A stretch of 62,375 nucleotides of DNA, filler included, from Globobulimina sp. (GCA_003354225.1; 21 parts of 21 records of this genome joined end to end with filler, not necessarily neighbours in it); one strand, 5' to 3'. Shown: positions 45,444 to 58,557, counted from the first letter of the whole stretch. The notes: generated from the sequence alone by a model not told the origin. Translations and numbers: made by a program.

Positions 45444-46766
45444 TCACAAAACAACCAGACCTTCATATTTCTTGCTCAACGGAATCTTTTTACTTTGTAA
45501 AAATACATTCCCTTCAATATCAAATATGGATAAAAACGAATTGAGATTATCTCTCTCATTCTCCTGCGTCCGTATCGCAATAATAATCGTATCATTTGTA
45601 TTTGGTAAAAATCGTATCGTTGAAAATCCTTTATTTGAATGTTGCAAATACGTTTTTAAATTCTCCTGTTTCACACTCATACTCCGCAACTGTCCCGTAT
45701 TCAAATCATTCACTGATCGATAACCGTCCATAGCAGCCATCAAAAAGCGTCTATCCATGCCAATATCCATTTTTTTAGAATTAGTTTTGAATTTAATCCA
45801 AACCAATTCAATGTTACTAAAATCCTCAGAGGCCACAATCAGCAAATTACAGCCTCGATTCTCTGTTAACTTACTGTCATACTTCTCGAATGAAACATAT
45901 CTCGGCGCAATGAACCATTTTCTCTGAATATTGCTCCATTCAATGGCTTCAATCCACAAATAGCCAGGGAACAAAGTGCCAGTCACCGTCCTTATTTTCA
46001 TATATCTATCCGTCCAGTTATGATGTTTAAGAATTCCGTGTTTGTCCAACGTGACCACCCATAGCAAGCCTAATTTCCTTATCTTTGTGCCATCAGAATT
46101 GGTATACTCGCGTCCAATGGAACCAATATAAAGCAGCTCTTCATCCTCTTTGTACGTCGCCCATTCAATCTTCATTCCTTTGGCTATGTTGCCATCTCCT
46201 TCCATGACAATGTGCCGTGGAATGGCCTCAAACTGCCGGCTGATTTCATACATAATCCCGGACCTATCATCAAAAGCATATAACGCATTATTAAATGTTA
46301 TCAATTCACTCAGTTCCATGCCACGACCTTTCTCGCTAAAGTAGCCATCAATAATCACCGTATGACAACAGGTCTCATTCTCACCATGTTCTGGATCATA
46401 GCTAATGAGCTTAACATTCTCCTCATATTCAAAGGGTGGCCGTATCCATTCCACAGAGATGTCGTTCATATCAATTTTATTCAGAGTAAGTTTTGCATGT
46501 TGCATATATGAGCGCCATTTATATTTATCATATTTGGAGGCTTTGTCCATATCAGCAATCATTGACAAATAATAGATTCCATTGTGAATGTCACTTAAAC
46601 CCATTGGATAGGCACTATATTTGTGCTTTTTTAGGTCCATAATAGGATCAATATCTTTGCTTTTACTCTCAATCCAATCATTGTTGTCTAGATCTGGATT
46701 TGTCATATCTTGCTCTGAATTTATTATGTTATCTCGCAGTGATTTCATAGAGTTTTCTTCCAACAT
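45444..46766 (-). CDS. Calcium-activated nucleotidase / apyrase (CANT1 family)
   Basis: IADMD, GRGMELSEL, DDRSG, GMKIEWAT, LYIGSIG.E, KGFS and KYEG. The 5' end is uncertain. Confidence 0.9.
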   Translation of the reverse strand: MLEENSMKSLRDNIINSEQDMTNPDLDNNDWIESKSKDIDPIMDLKKHKYSAYPMGLSDIHNGIYYLSMIADMDKASKYDKYKWRSYMQHAKLTLNKIDMNDISVEWIRPPFEYEENVKLISYDPEHGENETCCHTVIIDGYFSEKGRGMELSELITFNNALYAFDDRSGIMYEISRQFEAIPRHIVMEGDGNIAKGMKIEWATYKEDEELLYIGSIGREYTNSDGTKIRKLGLLWVVTLDKHGILKHHNWTDRYMKIRTVTGTLFPGYLWIEAIEWSNIQRKWFIAPRYVSFEKYDSKLTENRGCNLLIVASEDFSNIELVWIKFKTNSKKMDIGMDRRFLMAAMDGYRSVNDLNTGQLRSMSVKQENLKTYLQHSNKGFSTIRFLPNTNDTIIIAIRTQENERDNLNSFLSIFDIEGNVFLQSKKIPLSKKYEGLVVL

Positions 46767-47607
46767 TGGATTTTCGCGGTATTGGTCTTGATTCTCTGTG
46801 GCTGTGCTCTCGTTATTGTTTATTTTGGCTCACTTCGAGAAAAACATAAATTTAAATGTTGCTAATTTTCATTATTTCTTTCGTCTTTATTATGACTTGT
46901 TTTATTATATAATCAATCATGGTGGATTTGTATCGGTTTATCGTTTTAATATAATGAATGATTAATTAAACTTCAAATAGAATATCAAGTACAAAACAAA
47001 AACGAATACAACAAACAAAAAAAGAAAGAGAATTAATACACAATTTTGAGATTGAGGAACGGGCAATATTTTGAAATTTGCAATCTCATTATATTCAATT
47101 CAATATCAATAAATGAATATTGATATTTATGTACATTGATATTTTATTTTACTTATTTATAATTGTATATAATAAAAATACATATTTAATTATTATTTAT
47201 TAGTGATATATATACATAATCTACACATATTCAGCAGCCACATTGGTAATTTGAATACATTCTCGAGGCTTCAATAATGAAATCGCGATTTTTACACAGT
47301 CAGAGTCCGTTGCTAATACCTCTGAAAACATAATATTATTGTTATGATGCAAGAGTGTGGACACTTTCTCAGGGGTTTTAAAATTGTGGGTTGAACATTC
47401 GAGTAACATGTTCAACATGTTGTCTAAGAGCTGGCTGCACCAAATATAATATGCCTGCTTGATGCCTGCATGTTGAACAACATGTTTAACATGTTGCTTA
47501 CCAGCATNNNNNNNNNNNNNNNNNNNNNNNNNNNNNNNNNNNNNNNNNNNNTTAATTAATTAANNNNNNNNNNNNNNNNNNNNNNNNNNNNNNNNNNNNN
47601 NNNNNNN

Positions 47608-49658
47608 TAAGCATAATTAGATTCGAACTTTGAATCTGATATTTCAATCATTGCAACATCTTCTTTGACCAAATTAAATATTCCATGTCCGAGCTCGAGA
47701 CCTGTGGCTCTATTATTTGTAAAATTACTACGAGTTACTTTGATAATTGGTGCATAATCTGCGCTAAACACGCTGCTCCCTGTATGTGTACGCAGATTAC
47801 CGTCAAATACCGAATCAGTAATAAATGTGTATACCATGTCTAAGCCAGTAATTGTCAGTATTGTAGCAAAATTAGTCTCCGCTTTGGTGTCTTGCGTCTC
47901 TGTACAATCCATAAATGTACAGCCTTGAATAAGAATCATTGATTCAATGTCCATATAAATCATTGACGAATTGGTCCAATTGGAGGTATTGGAGATATTG
48001 GAATAAAACGTACCGTCAATCATTGGTATTGCTGCCGTAGATTTTTCAAAATGTATACAATTACCAACGTGTTGTATAAAATGACAATCTTCGATCAGTA
48101 GCTCAAATTCCATACTTTCATGCATTTGCGAATATAATAATGAGCCAGATCTCACTCCAACTTTATATGGATTTTCACCTATCGTATTGTTATAAAATAA
48201 ATTATTTTGCAATGAAATACTCCCACAATGCGAATCTGTTATTAATTGTACACGGCGTGAACAATACCAATAAAATATTGTGCCATATAAGCCAGCGTTG
48301 TGTGTAAAATTACTATTTTCAATGGTTATATTTGGCAATGTTATTGAATTAATTGTAAATATAGTACCATTATGTGTGTATGATTGGAGAGTTACAAATT
48401 TACCCTGGGATGGCCACCATAACTTTGCATCACCAATTTTAAGTCCATTATCTCCAAAATGCGAATGTCTAATATTAATAAATGCGTTTTGTTGCTGTAT
48501 TCGCATAGCCGATGGTCCTAATAAATCATCATTACGGTTAAAATTAAATATTATGCCATTAATATCTGTAAATGTGGATGTATCAACTTCCAAAATAAAG
48601 TAAGTTTGCGATGGATCAAATGATAAATCAATGGTAAATATATTTGTATCCGCGCCATATACATAAGAATCGGTGATAAGTAAATCACCGCATAGCTCCA
48701 CGCCATTTAATCGTTTTTGGCAAATCCAATGTACGGCACTCCCTAATGCCGATGATGCAATATTTGTTATATTCGAAGCTGAAAATGTGACATAGACATT
48801 ATTTCGTTCAATGTATAATATTGCGCCATATTCTGCAAATACGTTCTCTATTTTACAACTCCTAAAAATGTACGGCATAAAAACAAAAAATACAAATATA
48901 CAAATATACAACATATATAATAATGTATGATATCTCAACTCAAAAGTTACATTAATTCCCTTTGTATAGCCATTGTTCATGTTATTATTTGCCATATTTA
49001 TGATAGCCCCATTGATGCCATTTATATTTGAAAATTGACAGCCATCCATTACAATATCTAATTCAATATCAATTGCGACCACATCAATCAAGGAAAATAC
49101 CGTGCCATCTGAGGAAAAACTAATATTTACAATTTCCACCAATCCTTCATATGATGAAATGGATAAAAAGGTGCGAGATAATATTATATTTGTTTCATTC
49201 TCGTGATTTAATAAATGATTTTTAGATGAAAATTTGATATGATTTATTGTTATATTATGTGATAAAATATATGTCTTATCAATAATTTGTCCATCTTCGA
49301 GAAAGAATGTGCACGAATCCTCTGTCAGATAAGGGAGTGGATAATACGTTGGATCAATGATTTCAAAAAAACTGACATTGCCACAATAATTAATTAGGAC
49401 ATTGTCTATGTCGCCACAATATGATGATACATCTGTCAATGTATTGTTATGCCAATAGAATTCGTCCACGCAATACTCGTCGGCTACATTTGTTGCTACA
49501 ATGCACGAAAATGTTTTACTTTTGTTGCAATTTGGAGGATTATGTGTAGACTCAACGTGATGGTTGGAATGTAAGTTCAGCTGCGTTATTACGATAAGTC
49601 TGAATGATAATTGATAATAATAACCCTTGAATGAATAAAAAACGCAATGGTCGATCAT
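47608..49658 (-). CDS. Parallel beta-helix (pectin-lyase-like) repeat surface protein, truncated
   Basis: Repeated I..S.F..N.A..GA(I) units. Probable in-frame intron near 48860-48950. Confidence 0.65.
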
Positions 49659-49825
49659 TTATATTGGTTTGGATTAATTTCCTCATTGCTTGTGCAGAAA
49701 ACAAAGTAATAATATAACACTACAGCTAATTTATAATAAGGAGGTATACTCTTCAAACTGACTCTTTTTCCTCTATACTTTGTTGCAAAAAATCAGCATT
49801 AATTTATTTTGTCAACTAATTATAA

Positions 49826-50481
49826 TGGCAACGGATCCACGAGAATATTTTCCAACATCAATCAACATTGGCAATTACATTCCATCGCTAGATGACATCC
49901 AAAACAGTGCATTGACGTTAAAATCAACAGTAGTTGATATTGTAAAAGGCCGTAACAATAATTCTGGCCTAGCCGTGCATACTGTGACATACATGAAGTT
50001 AGTTATTTGCCTAAATTGAATACAATAAAAACATAATATAAAAAATAAAATATAAATAATAATAAATAATATAATAATACCGAAAATACTGCTAATCAAA
50101 GGTTTGAGGAATGGACATTGCATAATCAAACACATTACTACTTAATTGTCGGCACATCCACTGGGTTTCAAGTTTTTTTACTCCATGATTCACGCGATAG
50201 AGAACAAAAACTACCATCACAACAAGCATCGTCAACTAATTTAAATACAACCACCCAATCCATTCAATCCATGCAATCATCTCCAAACCACGCACCAATA
50301 AATTCAAATAACTCTCCAATTATCAATCCATTAACACCATTAATCAATGGATCGCCGCATCAATCTCCATCCTTTGGGTACACATAATTGAATTCTTTTT
50401 GTTTTATAAATACTAACATATATATTCAAAATACAAAAGCGCAATGAATTCAAAACGGAAAAAATTTCATAAAAAAGCGTT
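49826..50481 (+). CDS. 5' exons of a possible BCAS3/ATG18-like WD protein
   Basis: YLIVGTSTGFQVF motif; exons separated by AT-rich introns. Confidence 0.35.
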
Positions 50482-50581
50482 NNNNNNNNNNNNNNNNNNN
50501 NNNNNNNNNNNNNNNNNNNNNNNNNTTAATTAATTAANNNNNNNNNNNNNNNNNNNNNNNNNNNNNNNNNNNNNNNNNNNN

Positions 50582-51122
50582 TTACTTGGAGAGTCAGTTG
50601 CGAATTGAACATGCATTGTTGACATCTTCTTTTATGTTGATATTGATGATGGGCTGTTTGATAGTTGGTGGAATGTTGGCGGATAAATACAATTATTATA
50701 TTGTAATGAAAATAGGTGCGAGTATACTGTTTTTATGGTCTATTCCGGCTTATTATCTTATGAATCACATGTTTATTGTGAATGGACAACATGAGCTTTG
50801 GCCTTTGGTTGTATCTGATTTTGTCAGTGCTATTGGACTCGGTTTATTTGGTGGGCCAATGCAGATTTATATGGTTAACTCTATTGATGATGTTGTAGTG
50901 CGTTATTCTGCGATAGGAATCTCATATAATCTATGTCATGCACTATTTGGTGGCACTGCTCCGTTGGTTGGATCTGCCTTATCTTTGATGAATTTTTGTT
51001 ACGTAGGCGTTTATCTCGCCATATCTGGTGGTGTTTCTGCGATGATTTTGCACATTGTGACGAGATATAAATCATATAATTCTAAAACAAAGCATGACCT
51101 CGCATTTGCTGTAAGTCTATGA
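50582..51122 (+). CDS. MFS transporter, MHS (ProP-like) family, C-terminal half
   Basis: GGMLADKY and VRYSAIGISYNL..ALFGGTAPLV. Confidence 0.8.
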
Positions 51123-51231
51123 ATTTTGTAGAGATCATTTTTATCCTTGCACAAGATTACTTTAAAAAGTCCGTTTTTAGTGATCGTATTGTTCACAGAA
51201 ACACCAACATCTTCCCTTCTGAAATAGAACA

Positions 51232-52893
51232 ATGGCTGCTAATGATCGAACAATGATTAAAGCGGGATCTGTTTCGTCGGTGGAGGAATGTGGTGATAAT
51301 GTGATGGCTGGGCAGTATGGTATTGGTACAATGAATGTTGAATCAAAAACGAAAGAACAAATGTCAACGAAAAGTAAATTTTTATCTGGTATTTTGAAAC
51401 AAACTGAAATTAGCAGTAAATGGATGGTTTTTCATTGGATATCGTTGATCATAGCAATTATTTTAGTGATCATATGTTTAACCATTCCGTTAACCGGTGC
51501 AATTTTGGTTTATTCAGCGTTTCTGTTCCTAGTTTCCATTGACACTTTGATTACGACACTAATATGTAACAATGGAATATGCTGTATCTCAAACAAGAAA
51601 AGAATGAATAAAATGGATGATATATTTACTATTTTCACCACATTTATATGGCTCACAACATTCTTTATTTGTATTATTTGTGGATTCTCCGATACAACAT
51701 CACCGAATACATATTATAGTCGCTGGGAAGAATTAGTGCCAACATTTGTTGCTTTATTCCTCGAAATCATATTAATTCAGAAAATATATATTCGATTAAA
51801 CAAATTACCAATATATAATACCACTAATTTTAATGAATACCATCAACAAATACTATCCAGCTCAAAATCGTGTGGCTTTTATGTATTGCCTTTACGATGG
51901 TTATTATTATTATTTATGACTATTTTAGCATTATTTGGAGTGATTCATTCTGCACAGAAATCAATATTTATTAATTCTTTCCAAGATCGTGATTCAAATA
52001 TATTAACCACAGCAAGTTATGGCGATTTTGAATATATTTGCAGCGGTAATGATCCTCGAGATGCTGACATCAGAGTGATATCAATTGGCGGACTGAGCTC
52101 TGTTATAACAGCATTTGGTTGGTTTAATGCCTTGCTTTGGAATGAATATGGCATTGAACAAGGTAAAAACATTGCAGTTTGCAGTTATTCCCGCGGCGGA
52201 TTTGGATTTACTCCAACTAAATTATACAGAAACAAATTAATCAAACCTGAGGTAGATCACTTATTTGCTATTGCTGATCAACTGTTTGGTACTGACAAAT
52301 CCATTCATTTATTGGGCCATTCAAGAGCGAATATGATATTGTTACAAGCTAAAATGATAAATAATGAGAGAGTAGAAAGTATAGTGATATTTGATGGTGT
52401 TCCATTTAATACAAATACGATAGTGCTCAAACGAGGAGTGGTTGACACCAAATTCGTACCCAATAATTGGTTTTATACCTCAGTGTCAGCTGCTTCTCCT
52501 TTCCTGCCATTATCTATGGTACTACCCATCATTTTGGAGCAAGCAGGAGGAGAAGATCCAAATATTGAATTAACGGCAAGTTACTATTCATTCAGGAATT
52601 ATTTGTATCAATCCATAGCGTGGGAATCAAAGGATTATCAGCAGTCATATGTAAATACAGCAGAAATGTATCGCTCCCTCATGAGGACTAATTTTACATT
52701 TCAAGCATCGTTATCATACAATATTGAATGTGAAGAATGGTATGATGAAATTATAAGATATTCACAGCTTAATAATACTTTATATGTTAAAACGGCACAT
52801 GCTCCGTGTGTCTATAACCAAACCATCGCAAATATGATATGGAATTATAATAATACAGGACTTAAATCGTTTTATGACTCATTATTTTTGTGA
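51232..52893 (+). CDS. Multipass membrane protein with C-terminal alpha/beta-hydrolase domain
   Basis: About 5 TM helices; VCSYSRGGFG, IHLLGHSRAN and IVIFDG; late His in TAHAP. Confidence 0.72.
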   Translation: MAANDRTMIKAGSVSSVEECGDNVMAGQYGIGTMNVESKTKEQMSTKSKFLSGILKQTEISSKWMVFHWISLIIAIILVIICLTIPLTGAILVYSAFLFLVSIDTLITTLICNNGICCISNKKRMNKMDDIFTIFTTFIWLTTFFICIICGFSDTTSPNTYYSRWEELVPTFVALFLEIILIQKIYIRLNKLPIYNTTNFNEYHQQILSSSKSCGFYVLPLRWLLLLFMTILALFGVIHSAQKSIFINSFQDRDSNILTTASYGDFEYICSGNDPRDADIRVISIGGLSSVITAFGWFNALLWNEYGIEQGKNIAVCSYSRGGFGFTPTKLYRNKLIKPEVDHLFAIADQLFGTDKSIHLLGHSRANMILLQAKMINNERVESIVIFDGVPFNTNTIVLKRGVVDTKFVPNNWFYTSVSAASPFLPLSMVLPIILEQAGGEDPNIELTASYYSFRNYLYQSIAWESKDYQQSYVNTAEMYRSLMRTNFTFQASLSYNIECEEWYDEIIRYSQLNNTLYVKTAHAPCVYNQTIANMIWNYNNTGLKSFYDSLFL

Positions 52894-53555
52894 TCATGAT
52901 ATTATATCGAAATCGCATCTAGTTTAATAACAACGATGACTAGTTTAATAACACGAAAAATGTTGCTACTGTACGTTTTTATTTTTTGCTGGCAACACTT
53001 TTTGTTTGTTATTTTTTGATGTGATTTTTCAGAAATGTCTGTCGTGACTTTTTTTCTTTGTCATGACTTTTTTTTTCTTAGTTATGACTTTTTTTTTCCT
53101 GGTCATTGCTTCAAAAAAGATTCACTGTTTTTCTGTCCACAGCGAAATCAAAATAATTAATTTGGTTCATATTTGGCCATCGGCGTATTATCAGTAACAA
53201 GATTTAAAAAATAAGTTATTTTACATATGATATTTCTGCAAATAGTTTTCCATTGACACCTTTTCATTTGAAGTTAATTTTCTGTCATATATAAATAACT
53301 CAATAATTGTACCACAAAAATGATGACAAGTCCTATCAGCTCCAATTCTATCAATTTGTAAATTATTTGTTTTCTCCTTTAATGTTAAAATAGCCATTCT
53401 ATGATGGCCGCCATCCCAACGAGCTACATCCGCAGCATTTAATTCCTTTTCATCTNNNNNNNNNNNNNNNNNNNNNNNNNNNNNNNNNNNNNNNNNNNNT
53501 TAATTAATTAANNNNNNNNNNNNNNNNNNNNNNNNNNNNNNNNNNNNNNNNNNNN

Positions 53556-53838
53556 GATTTGGTGTGGACCAAAGTGGACCAAATTTTATGGACCAAACCA
53601 ACATTATTTGGACCAAACCAAATTTATAATGTTTTGAGCAGATTTTTTGTAGACTTTGGAGTAGGTTTAGAGGGACTACCTATGTATTGTTATCACAATA
53701 TCCCTGGTGTGTGAGGATAATCTAAAAGATAATATCCCTAATAACATTATAAATTTGGTTTGGTCCAAATAATGTTAATTGGTTTGGTCCATAAAATTTG
53801 GTTCAATTTTTGGACTAGTTGGACTAGTTTGGACCACT
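53556..53838. repeat. Inverted repeat built of TGGACCAAA units
   Basis: Arm 53578-53633 is the reverse complement of 53743-53802 apart from a 4-nt indel. Spacer of about 110 bp. Confidence 0.8.
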
Positions 53839-54281
53839 TGAAATAAAAACACTGTATTAGCAATAAATGATATAAATATAATACCAGTCTGGGTATTAGC
53901 TCGAGTATGAGTGACAGTGCGGCATTGTCCGTCGGAGTAAAACAATTTATCATATAAATAATCGTCAAACTCAGAACCTAAATCAAACATTGTATTATGA
54001 GAAATCGCATTTAATAATTGTAGTGTTTCTGTTTTCCAGTGTGTCGGTGATTTGTTTTCTTCATTATTTCTGTCATTGCTTAGATCATTATTCTCTATTT
54101 CGGAGTCATTGTTGTGATTTAAATTTGGCAGTTTCGAATTCGATCCGTGATAAATTATTTCTGTGGGTAATTCGATTCCATCAATTGATGCTTTCATTGG
54201 TTTGGGTTTCTGTTCAGTTTGGTTTGGTTCATTTGGTTGCGATTCCTCTGGTTTTTCATTTTTACAACAACAAGCACCCAT
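53775..54281 (-). CDS. Hypothetical acylated protein (MGACCCK), 3' end runs into the repeat
   Basis: Myristoylation/palmitoylation-type N-terminus; the C-terminal residues are encoded by the repeat arm. Confidence 0.5.
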   Translation of the reverse strand: MGACCCKNEKPEESQPNEPNQTEQKPKPMKASIDGIELPTEIIYHGSNSKLPNLNHNNDSEIENNDLSNDRNNEENKSPTHWKTETLQLLNAISHNTMFDLGSEFDDYLYDKLFYSDGQCRTVTHTRANTQTGIIFISFIANTVFLFQVVQTSPTSPKIEPNFMDQTN

Positions 54282-54404
54282 CTTCAACTTTTACTTTTAA
54301 AACTTAAAGTAGAGTTAATTTCCAATTTTATGATCTTCACGTGAAATTTGGGGTATTCGTGCTGACTGGTTTATTGTATCAGCGCTATCAACCATTGCAA
54401 AACA

Positions 54405-56429
54405 ATGAATGACTCGAACCATCCTCAACAAGAATTAATTGTCAAAACAGGTTCCAACAGAAGTGCCGGAGATTATGGTTCAGCCGCAGGTGCCTCTGAT
54501 TCTGATGATATTGTTATCAATAAAAGTTCATATTTCAGTGCAAAATGTGGTTTAAAATATTTACCATTAATATTGTCCATAATTGCTGTAATAATGTCCA
54601 TTGTTGCCGTTGTTCTCATTGTACAGGTAGCTAATCTAGCGGACGATGCTGAGGATACCCTAAAAGAGCTCGAAATATTCGCAACAGCAACAACAACAAC
54701 CGTTGGTCTTTTATCTCGTAATTTTATATTATCTCAATTTGCGGCAGAACAACGTATTCGCAGTCAAGGCGACAGCGGAATTACCAATGTCCGGCAACAT
54801 AATGATGGCGACGAAATGTATGATGACGGTACATATTCTAACGGCGCCATATCCGCTATTCATGACCATGCTGATTTTATTAATTTAGCCGGTATGGGAG
54901 AGGTATCCGCTGTGTTAAATGGGGTTGAATTCCAAACCCGACACAACGATTATAATTTAGCAATGCCATCCGTGGATTCAAGTGAATATGGTGCGACAGA
55001 ACGCATTCCGCAGCCAAACGTACCGCCCCAGGTCTTAGCATTTGGCGATGATATCGATGGTCAAATTAGTGAGTTGAAAGAATGGTTTCGTGCGTTTAAA
55101 ACGCAAAATAAATCTCACCGTTATTATCCTGACTATTTTAAACCAATTTTATGCTATTTAGAAGGTACTTGGATTATGGACCAAGGTGTTTTGGAAGAAC
55201 CATTCGATTCCGATCGTCATGCCTTTGATGCTGTCACTTGGAACGAATTACATGATAAATTTCGTTATATGGTCAGCTTACATTCTTATACTAATACCGG
55301 CCATTGGTTGGGCAAACATATACTTTCATGTACAGTGTATATAAAATTTAAATAGTTATATTTGTCCAGTCAGCGGTCGGTATGTTATATTTTTATTATA
55401 CAAACAATTTAAATATTCCAAAGGTGAATTCAGGGCGAAAAGATTTATACGAAAACTTAGCTCATTTACCATCGTCTATTAGAAACTTAATTGGCGGCAT
55501 TTATCCAGCAATCTCGAATTGGGAATATCGGATTGCTTGTGTACCATTAAAAAATGATGTACCTACCGCACGATTCCGTGTCTCAAATGATTTATCAGTT
55601 CAATTATTAAGCTCTCCATTAACTCGTCAAGAATTATATTACCATCGACGCTCCAGATTTGAGATTAGTAAATATATCAACTTAACAGATCCAGATGGAG
55701 ACAGTTCGTATCCTAATGGTTATTGGCAAACAGGTACCAAACGATGGAACTATTTGGATTATCTGATGGAGCAAGTACCAGGAAAAGACAATTTTATTGC
55801 AAATTTAACAGATGAACTACCGGGTGGTGTGGCGCGAGTCACTCATTTCAACGATGCGTCCTATGTTAACAGCGGATATTATAATAGGTTTTATGGGCTT
55901 AGTACTGAAGATGCTATGGGTGCAACGCAACATCGTCGATCCTATAATGATCGCTATTTGTTTGCAGCTAAAACCTCACAACAACGAGTCTCTCCCATTA
56001 GTATGTTGTGGGAAATTGATAAGGAGACCGGCGCAATGGAACCGGTGGAGTCCCGTTGGTCGTATGCAATCCCATTAGAAATAATTTATACCACTCCTCT
56101 GGTTAACTGGAACCCACTCGACATTAAATGGTATCCTATGTTGAATAGTACGTTCGGAGATGACCCAACGATGGGCTCCTGTGAGGAAAATAAACCGTAT
56201 GAAGGATGGGGGGATCAGAGTCGTGCAGCAAGTTATTTGGAAAAAAGTGTTCAGATTTCACGTGAGTTAGGCGAGGAAGAGGCTGAAAAGTCGTCTATGT
56301 TGCGTTTGGCATTGATGTATCGGCGTACAAATCAACTACAAACGGCCGTTGAGACATATCAAGCTTTATTAGAAATCATCCGCCCACGAAATGATAAAGA
56401 AGGTGAAGGCGAAGTCTTAAATAAACTTG
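54405..56429 (+). CDS. Type II membrane uncharacterised protein (IHDH / LNGVEFQTRHNDY family), 1 intron, TPR-like tail
   Basis: TM helix plus coiled coil; RSQGDSG, AIHDHA, GMGE, LNGVEFQTRHNDY, YLMEQVPGKDN and WSYAIPLEIIYTTPL. Intron 55272-55423 joins the two ORFs in frame. Confidence 0.8.
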
Positions 56430-56893
56430 NNNNNNNNNNNNNNNNNNNNNNNNNNNNNNNNNNNNNNNNNNNNTTAATTAATTAANNNNNNNNNNNNNNN
56501 NNNNNNNNNNNNNNNNNNNNNNNNNNNNNCATGGCTGTGTTATAATTTTTTTGAATTTGAATTTCTTTTCGGAATTATATAGAAATTTCGGACATACAAG
56601 TTGGTGGCAACACATTTTGAGGTTCCTCGTTACTGCAATCGCAACAACGGAACATGACATTTGCAAATGTTATAATTGTGGCAATTGTTGTGAGGTAGGA
56701 AATGATTTTGATGGCCATTGTCTTCTTTATGAACTAAAAGTTTTTAAATGTTTAGAAAGATTGCATATAAAACTAGACAATGAACCTAAACGTTTGTCGT
56801 CTATGATGAGGTGAGAACCCTAATATCGTTTTTAAGATTTTCTTGAAGTGAGCTATTCATATCTATTACAAATGATTGCCAGTGGTTTTATTT

Positions 56894-58502
56894 TCAAGTT
56901 TCAACCAAAGCAGCTATACATTTCATTATTTTTATTCTATGGCCAAGTTTATCGATACCAATAGATATTAAATCATTCATTCTCAAACAAGACAAAATGT
57001 CCAAATCGTCCAATCCATTGTCAATAAAGAGATCATAATAATTTTCTAAACCAACACAATTTTTTAACCATAACCAAATTTTATCATTTTTCGGCTTTTT
57101 CTGACTTTTATCATGTCGACAAAATCCATTTTTAGCATGTAACTGAATGAATGATTGCATGGTGGCACTTAATATGGAAATATCTTTCGAGATTTGATTC
57201 AATTTTTGTTCTAAATTATAATATTTATGATCATAATATGAATTTGAAATTTCTTGAAAATATTCCTTTTGTTTAATGTATTGCAGCCAATATTGCTGAA
57301 TGTATTCATCGCAGACATATGCATTCTGTCCATCATAGTCATCACTTAATGTCATAGAGGAATCATACTCATCCAATATGACAATATCGCACGACAACGA
57401 TATGCTGTCATATAACTTAAACTGTTCAAATGATAATGACTTGGATGCACTCCATAAACCATACGATTTGCCCTGTTCATATGAATACATTTTTACATTT
57501 GTCGATTGATACTCGTTGCATTTCAACGTATATTTTACTTTCAATTTACTGATATTGGACGGCAAACATATTAATTGCAAACATAATATCACATTTCCTT
57601 TGTTGCTGTTTGGACAGATGGTGATACACCACATATTATCAAATATTTTAGATTCATAGGAACTGCCCATTCTGCAGGAATGCCATGATTGCAGATCGAG
57701 ATTATTATGATCCAATTTCCATAATAAGTGTTGCTTTTTGTTATATGCTAACTCAAATTGATAAAATATTTTATTTGCTGGCTTATTTAATAGAATGCGT
57801 AGTATTTTTATATTGATTTCAAATGTTAATCTGTGTGGATTCAATTTGATGATATCTTTTAGTAATAAAGTTGCATTGCTCCATAGTGGAATGCGTGAAT
57901 CTTTTTTAATGATTTTAATGGAAGTATACAATAAATTAATTTGTGGGCATCGTGTTCTGATGCAAATAACAATGTTTTTCCATTCATTTGGTATTATTGA
58001 TAACAATTTGAGATATAATTTGAATGAGCCGTGATGGATTGAATTGTATCCGTTTGGATAAGCTTTCAAAATCTGTAAAAATCATGAACAATTCTGAAAC
58101 GTTTTCGATATTTCAGACCAGAATGCAACAAAAATAAAAACAGCAGCAACACTTTTTTGTGATGCGATTTTTTGTTGCATTCTTGCCGATATTTGAAGGG
58201 AAATTATTGTTTACCCATTTTAGCTTTCCAACTTCAAACATTTCCGATTCATATTTCTCGCCTACTTTTGCTTCAAACATTTTGCAAATCATTAGTTTAT
58301 CTGTTACCTCCCAAATATATCGACCATGATCCATCATAAAATAATCATCCACGTATAATAAACAAATATATTGAATTAGTTTTGGCATATTTTTATGGAT
58401 ATTATGTTGCAACAATCTCTTTTGAATGTTCCTTATAAATCCAAATACGATGTAATTTGTCCGTTCATCCAGTTGTTCCAATCGAGCAAAACTCAGTGAC
58501 AT
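56894..58502 (-). CDS. MATH-like plus C-terminal SAM domain protein
   Basis: YESEMFEV..W|ILKAYPNG joined through intron 58073-58214; second MATH-like repeat; SAM motif WLKNCVGLENYYDLFIDNG..DLISIGIDKLGHRIKI. Confidence 0.8.
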
Positions 58503-58557
58503 GATCTTGTCTCAAGTACAAAACACAAACTATTTCAAATAATAATACCCTCTGCCA

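Noticed and set aside
47400-47500. Resemblance to p53 response elements (RRRCATGYYY)
   Set aside because: No evidence for a p53-family factor in this organism; a transposon-derived repeat is more parsimonious.
50582-51122. Bacterial contamination suggested by the ProP-like transporter
   Set aside because: No SD or operon signals, composition matches the host contigs, and MHS-like transporters occur in protists.
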